From assembly GCA_045592165.1 (NCBI GenBank), contig JAZNUG010000077.1:1-36280 (forward strand): 36,280 nt of DNA. The letters run 5' to 3'. How positions within the stretch are numbered: position 1 is the first letter of the stretch; each line of letters begins with the position of its first letter. Below are positions 1-9,456 of this stretch, piece after piece. Source of the DNA: Clostridia bacterium. Its GTDB lineage: Bacteria; Bacillota; Clostridia; Christensenellales; CAG-138. The notes beneath the pieces are model-generated. The model did not search any database and was not told the DNA's origin. It saw only the letters and a program-made list of their open reading frames with translations. Position numbers and translations under genes: made by a program.

Positions 1-240
1 GGTAACGGCAGCGGGCGGTTCTGTTTCAACAGGACCGTTATCGGGCAGAATGCCAACGCGGTTCACTATGGAATCGCTGAAATATATGCCAAGGCCGCCG
101 CTTACAAGGGCTACCACCAGCAGGCAGGCAATCAGCTGACCTATGGTTACTCCCTTCTTTTTCTTTCCATTATCATAACCTCCGTCGGAGCTGTAGCTGT
201 AGTTGCCGGAATTATTATTGTACCAGTTGTTGTTTTCCAT
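1..240 (-). CDS. 5' part of a membrane-anchored protein, possibly an HtrA/DegP-like serine protease (truncated by the window edge)
   Basis: Manual translation from ATG 240: MENNNWYNNNSGNYSYSSDGGYDNGKKKKGVTIGQLIACLLVVALVSGGLGIYF..., a polar N-terminus, basic patch and one TM helix. SD GAAAGGAG upstream. The frame is open to position 1. The protease domain is not visible, so the product is a guess. Confidence 0.45.
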   Translation of the reverse strand, partial: MENNNWYNNNSGNYSYSSDGGYDNGKKKKGVTIGQLIACLLVVALVSGGLGIYFSDSIVNRVGILPDNGPVETEPPAAVT

Positions 241-280
241 TGGGTAAAAGCTCTCCTTTCCCACTTTATGTGTCAATATT

Positions 281-309
281 AATATACAATTTTGAAGGGA
301 CTATATCAA
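281..309 (-). promoter_or_regulatory. sigmaA-type promoter for the gene at 1-240
   Basis: TTGATA-17 bp-TATATT on the minus strand. Confidence 0.55.
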
Positions 310-417
310 CATCGTGCCATTATTATGGTGAAAAGTGAAATAATTATGTCATGGGATATTTTATCCGTCTTTTTTGCACTGCGGCATGGCAAATTATACC
401 ATAAAATGCGGTGACAA

Positions 418-428
418 TATGATATAAT
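418..428 (+). promoter_or_regulatory. Extended -10 promoter (TATGnTATAAT), probable leaderless start for recD2
   Basis: TATGATATAAT ends at 428. ATG at 435 lies 6 nt later and has no SD. Confidence 0.6.
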
Positions 429-434
429 ACATAT

Positions 435-2636
435 ATGCAGATACACGACACAATACAGAACATAATATTCCGCAGCGACGATACGGGCTTTACCGTATTG
501 GAGCTGATAGATGAGTCCGGCGATGAAATAACCGCCGTTGGCGGCATGCCTTCAGCTGCGGTGGGAGAGCGGATAGAGCTTGAGGGGGAATGGACAGAGC
601 ACCGTGCATACGGCGTGCAGTTCAAGGTAAAGGAATTTAAAACCCTTTCTCCCGCAACCCTTGCCGCGCTTACGGCTTACCTTTCCAGCGGCCTTATCAA
701 GGGCATAGGCGAAAGCACCGCCCAGCACATAGTGGCCACATTCGGCATGGACACCCTTGACGTGCTGGAAAATCAGCCGGAGCGGCTTACCGAGGTTTAC
801 GGTATAGGCCGCGTAAGGGCGCATACCATAGCATCATCCTATATGGCCCAGAAGGATATGCGGGAAATAATGATGGGTCTGCAGCAGTACGGCATATCTG
901 TAAATCAGGCAATGAAGCTGTATAAGATCTACGGTCCCCATTGCCTTGCAAGGGTGCAGGAAAATCCATATCGCCTTATTGAGGATGTGGAAGGAATCGG
1001 CTTTAAAACAGCAGATAAAATTGCCCAAAATGGCGGATTTTCCGCAGAATCCCCTTTCCGTCTGAGAGCGGGACTTAAATATACTCTCCAGTGGGCAAGG
1101 CAGGAAGGACATACCTATCTTCCCAGAGAAAAGCTTGTTCAGGTTGCGGCGGATATACTTGGCGCAGAGCTGTATCCCGTTGAAAAGGAACTGGATGAGC
1201 TGATAGTGGATGAAAACGTAATATACAGGATAGTTGATGGTGTGGATGCATGCTTCCTGCCATATATGTACCGTATGGAGCGGGAGTGCGCCGAGCGGCT
1301 GTCCTATCTTTGCATGCCGAAGGCGGCGAATCCCTTTTTCAATATCGGCAGCCAGATACAGCGCCTTGAGGAACAGCTTGGCGTATCCCTTGCAGAACAG
1401 CAGAAAAAGGCGGTGCATCTTGCCCTGTCCAAAGGCATGCTGGTAATAACCGGCGGACCCGGCACAGGCAAAACAACTATTCTGCAGTTTGTTATAACTC
1501 TTCTTGAAAAGCTGGGGGAAAGCTTTGAGCTGTGCGCCCCCACAGGCCGCGCCGCAAAGCGCATGACAGAAACCACAGGCTGCGAAGCACGTACCATACA
1601 CCGGCTGCTGGAATATGCCTATGGGGAAAACGGGTTTTCCCGCAATCAGGATAATCCTATAGATGCGGATACCATAATAATCGACGAAATGAGCATGGTG
1701 GATGTGCAGCTCATGTGGGCGCTGCTTCGGGCAATACGCCCCGGCACAAGGCTCATAATGGTAGGCGATGCGGATCAGCTTCCTCCTGTCGGACCCGGCA
1801 ATGTGCTGAGGGATATAATTGCCTCAGGCACTGTGCCCGTGGTGCGGCTTACGGATATTTTCCGTCAGGGTGGGCGCAGTGCAATAGTCACCAATGCCCA
1901 TCGAATAAACAACGGCCAGCCGCCCATACTCCGCGGCGAGGAGGAATTCGGCTTCGAGGCCATAGATTCCGCTGAAAGCATAATACGCCGCCTGACAGCC
2001 CTTTGCTCAGGCAAGGTGAATATTCTGGGAGTGTCAGAGCCTCTCAAGGATATACAGGTCCTTTCTCCTATGAAAAAGGGCACCCTTGGCGTAAAGAATA
2101 TAAACCTCAGGCTGCAGGAAGCGCTGAACCCTCCCATGCATAAAAAGCACGAGCGCCAGTATGGCGATACCGTATTCCGCGTGGGGGATAAGGTAATGCA
2201 GATAAAGAACGACTACCGCATGGGCTGGAAACGAAGCCGCCCCGGCAGGCCGGATGAACTGGGCGAAGGAGTGTACAACGGCGACCTTGGCACCATAATG
2301 GACATAGACCTGTACGAACAGACGGTTGAGGTGCTTTTTGACGATGAACGCACTGCACTGTATGAATTCAGCCAGCTGGAAGAGCTGGAGCTTGCCTACT
2401 GCATCTCCATACACAAGAGTCAGGGCAGCGAATTCCCCGTAGTTATTCTGCCCCTTGCAGGCGGCCCGCCAATGCTTATGACGAGAAACCTGCTGTACAC
2501 CGCTGTTACCAGGGCAAGAAACCGCGTGCATATCCTGGGTCATGAGGAATGTCCTGCCCAGATGGTGGCAAACAGCCAGGTAAAGCGCAGATACAGCGCC
2601 CTTTGCGACCTTCTTAAAAAAGGAGGGCAGGAATGA
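435..2636 (+). CDS. recD2: ATP-dependent RecD2-like DNA helicase
   Basis: 733 aa with N-terminal HhH repeats (IKGIG, VYGIG, VEGIGFKTAD), Walker A GGPGTGKTT, APTGRAA, IIDEMSM, GDADQL, SIHKSQGSE and YTAVTRA. Confidence 0.95.
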   Translation: MQIHDTIQNIIFRSDDTGFTVLELIDESGDEITAVGGMPSAAVGERIELEGEWTEHRAYGVQFKVKEFKTLSPATLAALTAYLSSGLIKGIGESTAQHIVATFGMDTLDVLENQPERLTEVYGIGRVRAHTIASSYMAQKDMREIMMGLQQYGISVNQAMKLYKIYGPHCLARVQENPYRLIEDVEGIGFKTADKIAQNGGFSAESPFRLRAGLKYTLQWARQEGHTYLPREKLVQVAADILGAELYPVEKELDELIVDENVIYRIVDGVDACFLPYMYRMERECAERLSYLCMPKAANPFFNIGSQIQRLEEQLGVSLAEQQKKAVHLALSKGMLVITGGPGTGKTTILQFVITLLEKLGESFELCAPTGRAAKRMTETTGCEARTIHRLLEYAYGENGFSRNQDNPIDADTIIIDEMSMVDVQLMWALLRAIRPGTRLIMVGDADQLPPVGPGNVLRDIIASGTVPVVRLTDIFRQGGRSAIVTNAHRINNGQPPILRGEEEFGFEAIDSAESIIRRLTALCSGKVNILGVSEPLKDIQVLSPMKKGTLGVKNINLRLQEALNPPMHKKHERQYGDTVFRVGDKVMQIKNDYRMGWKRSRPGRPDELGEGVYNGDLGTIMDIDLYEQTVEVLFDDERTALYEFSQLEELELAYCISIHKSQGSEFPVVILPLAGGPPMLMTRNLLYTAVTRARNRVHILGHEECPAQMVANSQVKRRYSALCDLLKKGGQE

Positions 2637-3277
2637 AGCTGAAGGAGCTGTTTCTCAATGCCCTTTATCCTGAGGATGCGGCATGCTGTCTGTGCAATAG
2701 GGAAGCCGTGCTGAACAGCAATGGCATGTGCGAAAACTGTGCAGAGCTTGTATTGCCGGCTCCGCAGGTTTTTCTGAATGAGCCAGTGGATGAGGCTGCT
2801 GCGGGCATACTGTACAATGATGCGGCGGCAGATATGATACACCGCTTTAAGTATTACGGCTGCCGCTACCTTGGCAAAAGCCTTTCTTCTTTTATCACTT
2901 TGCCGGATAACTGGCAGGCGGATATGATAATACCTGTGCCGCTGCACAGCGCCAGATTAAAGGAGCGCGGCTACAATCAAAGCCTTATTCTTGCGGAACA
3001 TCTTAGCATGAGATGCGGTGTTCCGGTAAAAGCTGATTTGCTCAAAAGAATAAGGAATACCCTCATGCAATCCCTTACATCCCGGGAGGAACGAAGGGAA
3101 AATGTAAAGGATGCATTCCGCGCATCAGACCGGTGTGCCGGCATGAGGATAATACTGGTGGATGACGTAATCACCACTGGAAGTACCGCGGAGGAATGCG
3201 TCAAGGCGCTGAAAGCCGCCGGAGCAGACAAAGTATATGTTATTGCCGCCTGCTATGCGGGAAGACAGGAGAGCTGA
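2633..3277 (+). CDS. comF: ComF family protein (zinc ribbon plus phosphoribosyltransferase domain)
   Basis: CxxC pairs at the N-terminus, PVPLH, RGYNQS, LVDDVITTGST. ATGA overlap with recD2. Confidence 0.9.
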   Translation: MKLKELFLNALYPEDAACCLCNREAVLNSNGMCENCAELVLPAPQVFLNEPVDEAAAGILYNDAAADMIHRFKYYGCRYLGKSLSSFITLPDNWQADMIIPVPLHSARLKERGYNQSLILAEHLSMRCGVPVKADLLKRIRNTLMQSLTSREERRENVKDAFRASDRCAGMRIILVDDVITTGSTAEECVKALKAAGADKVYVIAACYAGRQES

Positions 3278-3994
3278 ATGGAAAGATTCTGCCGTACGGA
3301 ATTGGTTTTGGGCCACGAGGCCATGGAAAAGCTGAGCAAGGCTTCTGTTGCCGTGTTCGGAATCGGCGGCGTCGGCAGCTATGCCGCAGAGGCTCTTGTA
3401 AGGAGCGGTGTAGGCAGGCTTATGCTGGTGGATGATGATGTTGTTGCGGAGAGCAATATAAACCGTCAGCTGATAGCCCTCACTTCCACAGTTGGAAAAC
3501 AGAAGGCCCTTGTGATGAAGGACAGGGCGCTGGATATCAATCCGAATGCAGAAATCGATGCAAGACCTGTTCGCTTTGATGAATCCACCTCAGACCTGTT
3601 TGATTTTACAGGGTACGATTACATAATCGATGCCATAGATTCCGTAACATCAAAGATATTGCTCATCGAAAGGGCGAAGGCCGCTGGCGTGCCCATAATT
3701 TGTTCAATGGGAACGGGAAATAAGCTTTATTCGGATAGCTTCTGCATTGATGATATAGCCAAAACCACAGTGTGCCCACTTGCCCGGGTAATGCGCCGGG
3801 AGCTGAAAAAGCGGGGCATAGAGGGTGTAAAGGTACTGTATTCCAAAGAGCCTGCAATAGCCCCTAAGGAAAATTCAGACGAAGAACTGCTTCCCGGCAA
3901 GCACAGGATAACAGGCAGCGTGGCTTTTGTTCCTTCGGTTGCTGGGTTGATGCTGGCAGGGGAAGTGATACGGCACATTGCCGGCGCGGAATAG
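3278..3994 (+). CDS. tcdA: tRNA threonylcarbamoyladenosine dehydratase (ThiF/E1-like family)
   Basis: GIGGVGS, SNINRQ, IIDAID, CSMGTGNK, CPLARVMR and GSVAFVP motifs. Confidence 0.88.
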   Translation: MERFCRTELVLGHEAMEKLSKASVAVFGIGGVGSYAAEALVRSGVGRLMLVDDDVVAESNINRQLIALTSTVGKQKALVMKDRALDINPNAEIDARPVRFDESTSDLFDFTGYDYIIDAIDSVTSKILLIERAKAAGVPIICSMGTGNKLYSDSFCIDDIAKTTVCPLARVMRRELKKRGIEGVKVLYSKEPAIAPKENSDEELLPGKHRITGSVAFVPSVAGLMLAGEVIRHIAGAE

Positions 3995-4047
3995 GCGAAG
4001 GCTGTTCTGCGCATACTCAATAGGTGAATGACAAGGGGGATACCATT

Positions 4048-4788
4048 ATGAAGCTTACAGTATTGGGCCGCCACGGTCCCTTTCCCGCGCCGGGAGGAGC
4101 CTGTTCCGGCTATCTGGTTCAGGCGGGGGAAACTGCTCTCGTGCTGGAGCTTGGCCCTGGCGCGCTGTCCAATCTCAGGAGGATATATCCCTATATAAAT
4201 GTGGACGGCATACTGCTGAGCCATCTTCACAGCGACCATATGGGAGATATGCTGGTGCTGCGCTATGCCTTGCCCCAGCTGAAATTCGGCGGAGCGGATG
4301 TAAAAACTCCGTTGACGGTTATTGCCCCCGAAACTCCGGAAACCGAGTATCGCATGCTCGCTTCTTCCGGAGTGTTTGAAATGGTCAGCGCAAAGGCAGG
4401 GCAGAAGTTCCGTTTCGGCGATGTAACCGTAACCCTTTACGGCTCTTCACATACCGTTGAAACCTATGCCTTTGATATAGAATATAAAGGCAAGCGGATA
4501 TTCTATACCGGTGATACAGGTATGCATCCGGGACTTGCGGAACAGTGCCGCGGGGCGGACATACTCCTTGCAGATGCCTGCTTCCTCAATGCGGAAAAGC
4601 CCGGAGAAAAGGCACAGCACCTTACTGCCGGCGAGGCGGGGCAGATTGCAAAGGCCGCAGAGGTGGGTCAGCTTATCTGCACCCATGTATGGGGCGGCAG
4701 GGAGAATACGGACCGTATGCTTGCGGAGGCGAGGGAACATTTTGCAAATTGCCTTATAGCAGAGGAAATGCACGAATATCACGTATAG
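4048..4788 (+). CDS. MBL-fold metallo-hydrolase (RNase Z/BN-like)
   Basis: MKLTVLG...ACSGYL, SHLHSDH, YTGDTG, HLT, LICTH. SD AAGGGGG before ATG 4048, so the start is moved from 4024. Confidence 0.85.
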   Translation: MKLTVLGRHGPFPAPGGACSGYLVQAGETALVLELGPGALSNLRRIYPYINVDGILLSHLHSDHMGDMLVLRYALPQLKFGGADVKTPLTVIAPETPETEYRMLASSGVFEMVSAKAGQKFRFGDVTVTLYGSSHTVETYAFDIEYKGKRIFYTGDTGMHPGLAEQCRGADILLADACFLNAEKPGEKAQHLTAGEAGQIAKAAEVGQLICTHVWGGRENTDRMLAEAREHFANCLIAEEMHEYHV

Positions 4789-4799
4789 CGTAAATACAG

Positions 4800-4825
4800 A
4801 AAGCGGCTTTAATGCCGCTTTTTGT
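4800..4825 (+). terminator. Intrinsic terminator, identical to 7190-7215
   Basis: AAAGCGGC-TTTAAT-GCCGCTTT followed by TTGT. Confidence 0.8.
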
Positions 4826-4923
4826 ATGCCGGGTTTTTCCATATTAATAAAGTCTTAAGGGTTTGCAGTGTTTTATGTTAATACATATTCTGCTATGCTT
4901 TACCTTATAACGGAGGTGATGGA

Positions 4924-5628
4924 ATGTACAACATTCTTATATGCGACGACGAAAAGGACATACGCAGGGCATTGAGTATATATCTTGCAGGTGAGGGCTA
5001 CGGCGTGCTTCAGGCGAAAAACGGCAGGGAGGCTGTGGATATAATCCGGCAGGAGGAGATCCATCTTGTGCTGATGGATATAATGATGCCGGTAATGGAC
5101 GGCATGGCGGCCATTACCGCCATACGTCAGGAAAGCAATATTCCCGTGATACTGCTTACTGCCAAAGGCGAGGACATGGATAAGGTGGCAGGCCTTACGC
5201 TGGGGGCAGACGATTATGTTACAAAGCCCTTTAACCCAATCGAGGTATTGGCGAGAGTAAAGGCACAGCTTCGCCGTTATGCCTATCTTGGAGGCATGGG
5301 CCGCACGCCGAAGTCCATAAGGGTTGGGGATATAGAGCTGGACGATGAGGGCAAGAGCGTCACCCTCTGCGGAGAGGAAGTATCCCTTACCCCTACCGAA
5401 TACGACATACTCAAGCTTCTTATGGAAAACCCCGGCAAGGTATTCTCTTCAAAGGAGATATACCGTCTCATATGGAAGGATAATCCAATAGGTGCGGAGG
5501 GAACCATTGCCGTGCATATACGCCATATCCGTGAAAAGCTGGAAATAGACCCCGGCAACCCGCGATACCTGAAGGTGGTATGGGGCAAGGGCTACAAACT
5601 GGAGGGAAAGCAAGATGAAAGGAAGTAA
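4924..5628 (+). CDS. OmpR-family DNA-binding response regulator
   Basis: Receiver domain (CDD, MDIMMP, LTAK, GADDYVTKPF) and winged helix (LTPTEY, VHIRHIREK, VWGKGY). SD GGAGGTG. Confidence 0.95.
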   Translation: MYNILICDDEKDIRRALSIYLAGEGYGVLQAKNGREAVDIIRQEEIHLVLMDIMMPVMDGMAAITAIRQESNIPVILLTAKGEDMDKVAGLTLGADDYVTKPFNPIEVLARVKAQLRRYAYLGGMGRTPKSIRVGDIELDDEGKSVTLCGEEVSLTPTEYDILKLLMENPGKVFSSKEIYRLIWKDNPIGAEGTIAVHIRHIREKLEIDPGNPRYLKVVWGKGYKLEGKQDERK

Positions 5629-7171
5629 ACTTACTCATAAATTCTGGGCAAGGGCAGCGGGGCTGGTGCTGTTTGCGGTGCTGTCTGCTGCGCTTGTGGT
5701 ATGCGGTGCGGGCGTATTGTACTGCTATAATCAGGGCTGGTATACTGCGGGAGTCGATATGGATCTGCAAGGCTTACTGGCAGTTTTATTTGTTAACCGA
5801 TATGACATAATAACCGCAGGGATCATAGCGGGAGTCGGCATAATTGTGCTGTTTCTCTTTCTGCTGTGCTCTGCCGCACATAAGGATGGGGAGGAGGGGT
5901 ATGTGCTTATCCGTCAGGACCATATCCCCTTTGATATTTATCTGATACTTGCGGGTCTGCTGTGCATTGGTTCCCTTGTGCTGGGGCTTAACATTGCGGC
6001 TACCACAGGAGGATATGTGATAGAACTGGTGTTCGCTGCTCTTTGCATAGCCGTATCCGCAGGGGCGGCAATGGCAGCCTGCATGACCTTTGCCGCCCGC
6101 ATAAAGACAAAGACGCTGTTCAGCAATACCATCATATGCCGCGTGATTGCATGGTTTGGCAGGCTGTTCAATCTGATGGGCATGAACCTTAAGGCCGCCT
6201 TCATCTTCCTTGGCTACCTGCTGCTCAATGCCATAGGAGCCGTGTATCTGTTTGAAAGCAGGTATTCCGGTTTTGCCTTCGCAATGCTTGCGTTTGGCAA
6301 TTGCGCCGTGCTGTATGGCGTACTTGAATGTGTGTCCCAGATGAAAAAACTGAAAGCGGCCGCGGCGGCCATTGCAGAGGGTGATCTCAGCTACGAGACG
6401 GATACCTCCAGGCTCAGGTGGGAATTCAAGGAGCATGGCGAAAACCTCAACAGCGTTGGCCGGGGCATGGCAAGGGCGGTAAACGAACGGATGAGGAGCG
6501 AACGCTTTAAGACAGAGCTCATCACAAATGTCAGCCACGACCTTAAGACGCCTCTTACTTCCATTGTTACATACATTGACCTTTTGCAAAAGGAAGAAAT
6601 ACCCGGCGAACAGGCAAAGGAATATGTGGATACCATAGCACGGCAGAGCGCCAAGCTAAAAAAACTTACCGAAGACATTATCGACGCATCCAAGGCTTCA
6701 TCCGGCGTAATAAGCGTGAACTTTGAGCGGGTGAATGTATCCGAACTTTTGCGCCAGTCTGCCGCGGAATACGGCGAGCGCATGTCTGCTGCGGGGATAT
6801 CCCCGGTAATGACGGTTCCGGAGGAGGATATGTATATCACGGCCGATGGGCGGCTGCTGTGGCGTGTGATGGATAATCTGCTGTTGAATATATGCCGCCA
6901 CGGCATGAGCGGAACAAGGGCGTATATCGGTGCGGAAAAACGGGAAGAAAGCACTGTGATAAGCTTTAAAAATATATCTGCAAAAGAGCTGAATATACAT
7001 CCTGAAGAACTGCTTGAGCGGTTTATTCAGGGCGATGAGTCCAGAAATACCGAGGGCAGCGGGCTGGGATTATCAATAGCCCAGAGCCTTACAGAACTCA
7101 TGAAGGGGGAAATGCATCTGCATCTCGATGGGGATCTGTTCAAAGTGGAACTGATATTTTCTGAAGGTTAG
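5615..7171 (+). CDS. Multi-TM sensor histidine kinase (HAMP-like, HisKA, HATPase)
   Basis: Several hydrophobic segments, H-box NVSHDLKTPLTS, N-box DNLLLN, G2 GSGLGLSIA. Overlaps the regulator gene. Confidence 0.93.
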   Translation: MKGSKLTHKFWARAAGLVLFAVLSAALVVCGAGVLYCYNQGWYTAGVDMDLQGLLAVLFVNRYDIITAGIIAGVGIIVLFLFLLCSAAHKDGEEGYVLIRQDHIPFDIYLILAGLLCIGSLVLGLNIAATTGGYVIELVFAALCIAVSAGAAMAACMTFAARIKTKTLFSNTIICRVIAWFGRLFNLMGMNLKAAFIFLGYLLLNAIGAVYLFESRYSGFAFAMLAFGNCAVLYGVLECVSQMKKLKAAAAAIAEGDLSYETDTSRLRWEFKEHGENLNSVGRGMARAVNERMRSERFKTELITNVSHDLKTPLTSIVTYIDLLQKEEIPGEQAKEYVDTIARQSAKLKKLTEDIIDASKASSGVISVNFERVNVSELLRQSAAEYGERMSAAGISPVMTVPEEDMYITADGRLLWRVMDNLLLNICRHGMSGTRAYIGAEKREESTVISFKNISAKELNIHPEELLERFIQGDESRNTEGSGLGLSIAQSLTELMKGEMHLHLDGDLFKVELIFSEG

Positions 7172-7189
7172 AGGCAAAAAATTTTTTTA

Positions 7190-7215
7190 AAAGCGGCTTT
7201 AATGCCGCTTTTTGT
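7190..7215 (+). terminator. Intrinsic terminator, identical to 4800-4825
   Basis: AAAGCGGCTTTAATGCCGCTTTTTGT. Confidence 0.8.
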
Positions 7216-7321
7216 CATTTTATGATAGATTCATGTTGAAAAGGACGAGAAAACACAGTATCATGATTTTGTACATTTGGACTCCCGGTTTGGGTTGTAT
7301 ATTTTTCATATAGCGGTATTT

Positions 7322-8062
7322 ATGAAGCGCTGCTGCAAAAGCAATCATATGAACTCAACAGGCCGTTGTTATGCTCCGGATATCCTGAGCATTATTTTTG
7401 TGCTTATTTTGTGCCTGTTTGTGCTTTGCGGCTGCGGTGGAACAGACAGGTATGTGGAGATAGTGGTTGCCGGAGGCGATGTGGTTATAACACCTGTGCC
7501 GGCGATGAATGAAGATACATACAGCCCTTCGAAGGCAGTAAGCGCACCGAGCGAGACAAACGAGGATGAAATACCGGCAGAAAACCTGTTGGATGAGCCT
7601 ATTGAATCAATACAGTCAGGAACAGCGCCGAATATTATTGCCGCACCGGAACTTCCGCCGATTGTAATGCCAACTTATCCGTCTTTTGTAACCATAACGC
7701 CGGATCCGATATACACTGCTTTGCCAACCACGGCTCCTACGCCTGTACCTACTCCCACGCCTGCTCCTGTACCGACACCGGATCCGGAAAAGCTGATGCG
7801 GCAGGAACTGGATGACGTATATGGGGAATATGTGGAGGAATGGGAATTACTGTATAAGGAATACGAGGCAAAGTGCGCCGTTGTGCTGAGCAGCCTGGAT
7901 TGCATGGGGCCGCTGTCGGATGATCCGGAGTATATTGAAGAATACAACAGGCTTACAAACCTGCTTGATATGTACGATGCGGAATTCATTGCAAATGTTG
8001 AGGAGCTGGATGCTGTATATTTTGCAAAGTATTCGGCGGTTTATGATAAATACGGTATGTAA
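7322..8062 (+). CDS. Hypothetical Pro/Thr-rich acidic protein, putative lipoprotein (start uncertain)
   Basis: Hydrophobic stretch ending in LCGC, PT-repeat linker (PTTAPTPVPTPTPAPVPTPDP) and an acidic helical C-terminus. Followed by a terminator. Confidence 0.65.
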   Translation: MKRCCKSNHMNSTGRCYAPDILSIIFVLILCLFVLCGCGGTDRYVEIVVAGGDVVITPVPAMNEDTYSPSKAVSAPSETNEDEIPAENLLDEPIESIQSGTAPNIIAAPELPPIVMPTYPSFVTITPDPIYTALPTTAPTPVPTPTPAPVPTPDPEKLMRQELDDVYGEYVEEWELLYKEYEAKCAVVLSSLDCMGPLSDDPEYIEEYNRLTNLLDMYDAEFIANVEELDAVYFAKYSAVYDKYGM

Positions 8063-8065
8063 TAT

Positions 8066-8092
8066 AAAAGCCCCGCGCAAGCGGGGCTTTTT
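8066..8092. terminator. Bidirectional intrinsic terminator
   Basis: AAAAGCCCCGC-GCAA-GCGGGGCTTTTT between convergent genes. Confidence 0.9.
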
Positions 8093-8104
8093 GAATGAGC
8101 AAAA

Positions 8105-9394
8105 TCAGTTGTCGTATCTTGTGGCGGCGTCCTTGAAATTCTGCCATTTTCCGCCCATGAAGCGGTGCATTTCTTCGGTGCAGTGCAGCCATTTGCCAAC
8201 GCAGCGGCTTTCCGGATAAAATTCCATAAACTCGCCTTCAAAGAAGGTATAGAAGCGGGATACGTCGGTGCACATACCGTAGGTGGGAAGGATGGAACTG
8301 TCCATGTGCAGTTCCACTGTTTCGCCTCTGCGGGTGCCGCGGTAGGTTATGCCGGTAGAGTCAAGAGTGAGGGTACCTTCGCCCACTATCTCGGAGGTGG
8401 CCTGGTTTTTCAGCAGCTTGTATTTGGGCAGCATGCCAAGCTTTACTTTGCTTTCCAGTACAAAGCCGGGGAAGGATACCTCACGGGAAGATATTTTGCG
8501 CTCCCAGTCAAACCATGCGCGGGGAGTTTCAGGTATTACGCATTCATCGTCAAAGGGGATAAGGTCGTAGTATTCATTGAGTTCAGCGCCGTTGCCGCAT
8601 TCGGTGCAGTATATGCGGTTGCCCTCGCCCATCATGGTGAATTCCCTGCGGCATTTGGGGCACATATACAGCAGATCATGCAGGCGCTTTGCCATTTCGC
8701 CGTGACCGTCGTATGCTACGCGGGCGGTTTTGTTCCATGCATAATCGTCCTGCTTGAGGGCCTCGTGAAGCATATCGGTCACTTCATCTTCGCTGAGAGC
8801 GGCAAGCTGCTCAGGGGTGAAAAGCTGATCCACAGTAACCTTTACCTTGCCCCTGCGCTCGTCAAGGCAGTACTTGGTGTTGGTGAGATAGCCGCCCTGT
8901 ATATGGCACATGAGCACAGGCAGCTTAAAGTGCTTTAAAAGCTTTGCGGATCCCAGTGCAACAGGCTGGTTTGCGCCGGATATGCTGCTCATTCCTTCAG
9001 GGAATATGCAGACCACGCCGCCGCTTTTGAGTATGCGGGTCATTTCCTTTATGCAGTATACGTCGGCCGTAAAGTTCTTTTTGGGGATTACCTGAAGCAG
9101 CCTGAACACAAGCGCGAGATGTGAACGGAAAAACTCGTTGTATCCCGCAACGTAGTTCATGCGATGGGGCAGAAAGGGGAGACCGGTATAAAGGTAATCC
9201 ACCCGGGAAGCATGGTTGCTTACCACGATAAAGGGGCCTTTGTAATCCTTGGGGTTGATTTTGTATTCAAAGGTAACTCCAAGCCGCTTTACGAATATCA
9301 GCCGCCATATATTGGCAAGCAGGGGATATATCACAGCGGGCGGGCGGCGTAGCTTTCTGGCGGCTATCTTCTGGGCGATGGTAGGCTTTGACAT
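8105..9394 (-). CDS. PlsC-like lysophospholipid acyltransferase with a C-terminal zinc-ribbon extension
   Basis: NHASRVD (HX4D), FPEG, then CPKC...CTEC. SD GGAGG before ATG 9394. Confidence 0.85.
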   Translation of the reverse strand: MSKPTIAQKIAARKLRRPPAVIYPLLANIWRLIFVKRLGVTFEYKINPKDYKGPFIVVSNHASRVDYLYTGLPFLPHRMNYVAGYNEFFRSHLALVFRLLQVIPKKNFTADVYCIKEMTRILKSGGVVCIFPEGMSSISGANQPVALGSAKLLKHFKLPVLMCHIQGGYLTNTKYCLDERRGKVKVTVDQLFTPEQLAALSEDEVTDMLHEALKQDDYAWNKTARVAYDGHGEMAKRLHDLLYMCPKCRREFTMMGEGNRIYCTECGNGAELNEYYDLIPFDDECVIPETPRAWFDWERKISSREVSFPGFVLESKVKLGMLPKYKLLKNQATSEIVGEGTLTLDSTGITYRGTRRGETVELHMDSSILPTYGMCTDVSRFYTFFEGEFMEFYPESRCVGKWLHCTEEMHRFMGGKWQNFKDAATRYDN

Positions 9395-9427
9395 AATCCT
9401 GTCCTCCAAGATATGTTGATTATAAAA

Positions 9428-9456
9428 ATTATACCATTGCGGGGCAATGTTGGCAA
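9428..9456 (-). promoter_or_regulatory. sigmaA promoter of the acyltransferase, with a palindromic spacer
   Basis: TTGCCA-17 bp-TATAAT with TG extension. The spacer contains CATTGC-N3-GCAATG. Confidence 0.7.

Noticed and set aside
7720-7790. Short quasi-repeats (CCTAC/CCGAC)
   Set aside because: They encode the Pro-Thr linker and are not a CRISPR array or DNA-level repeat.
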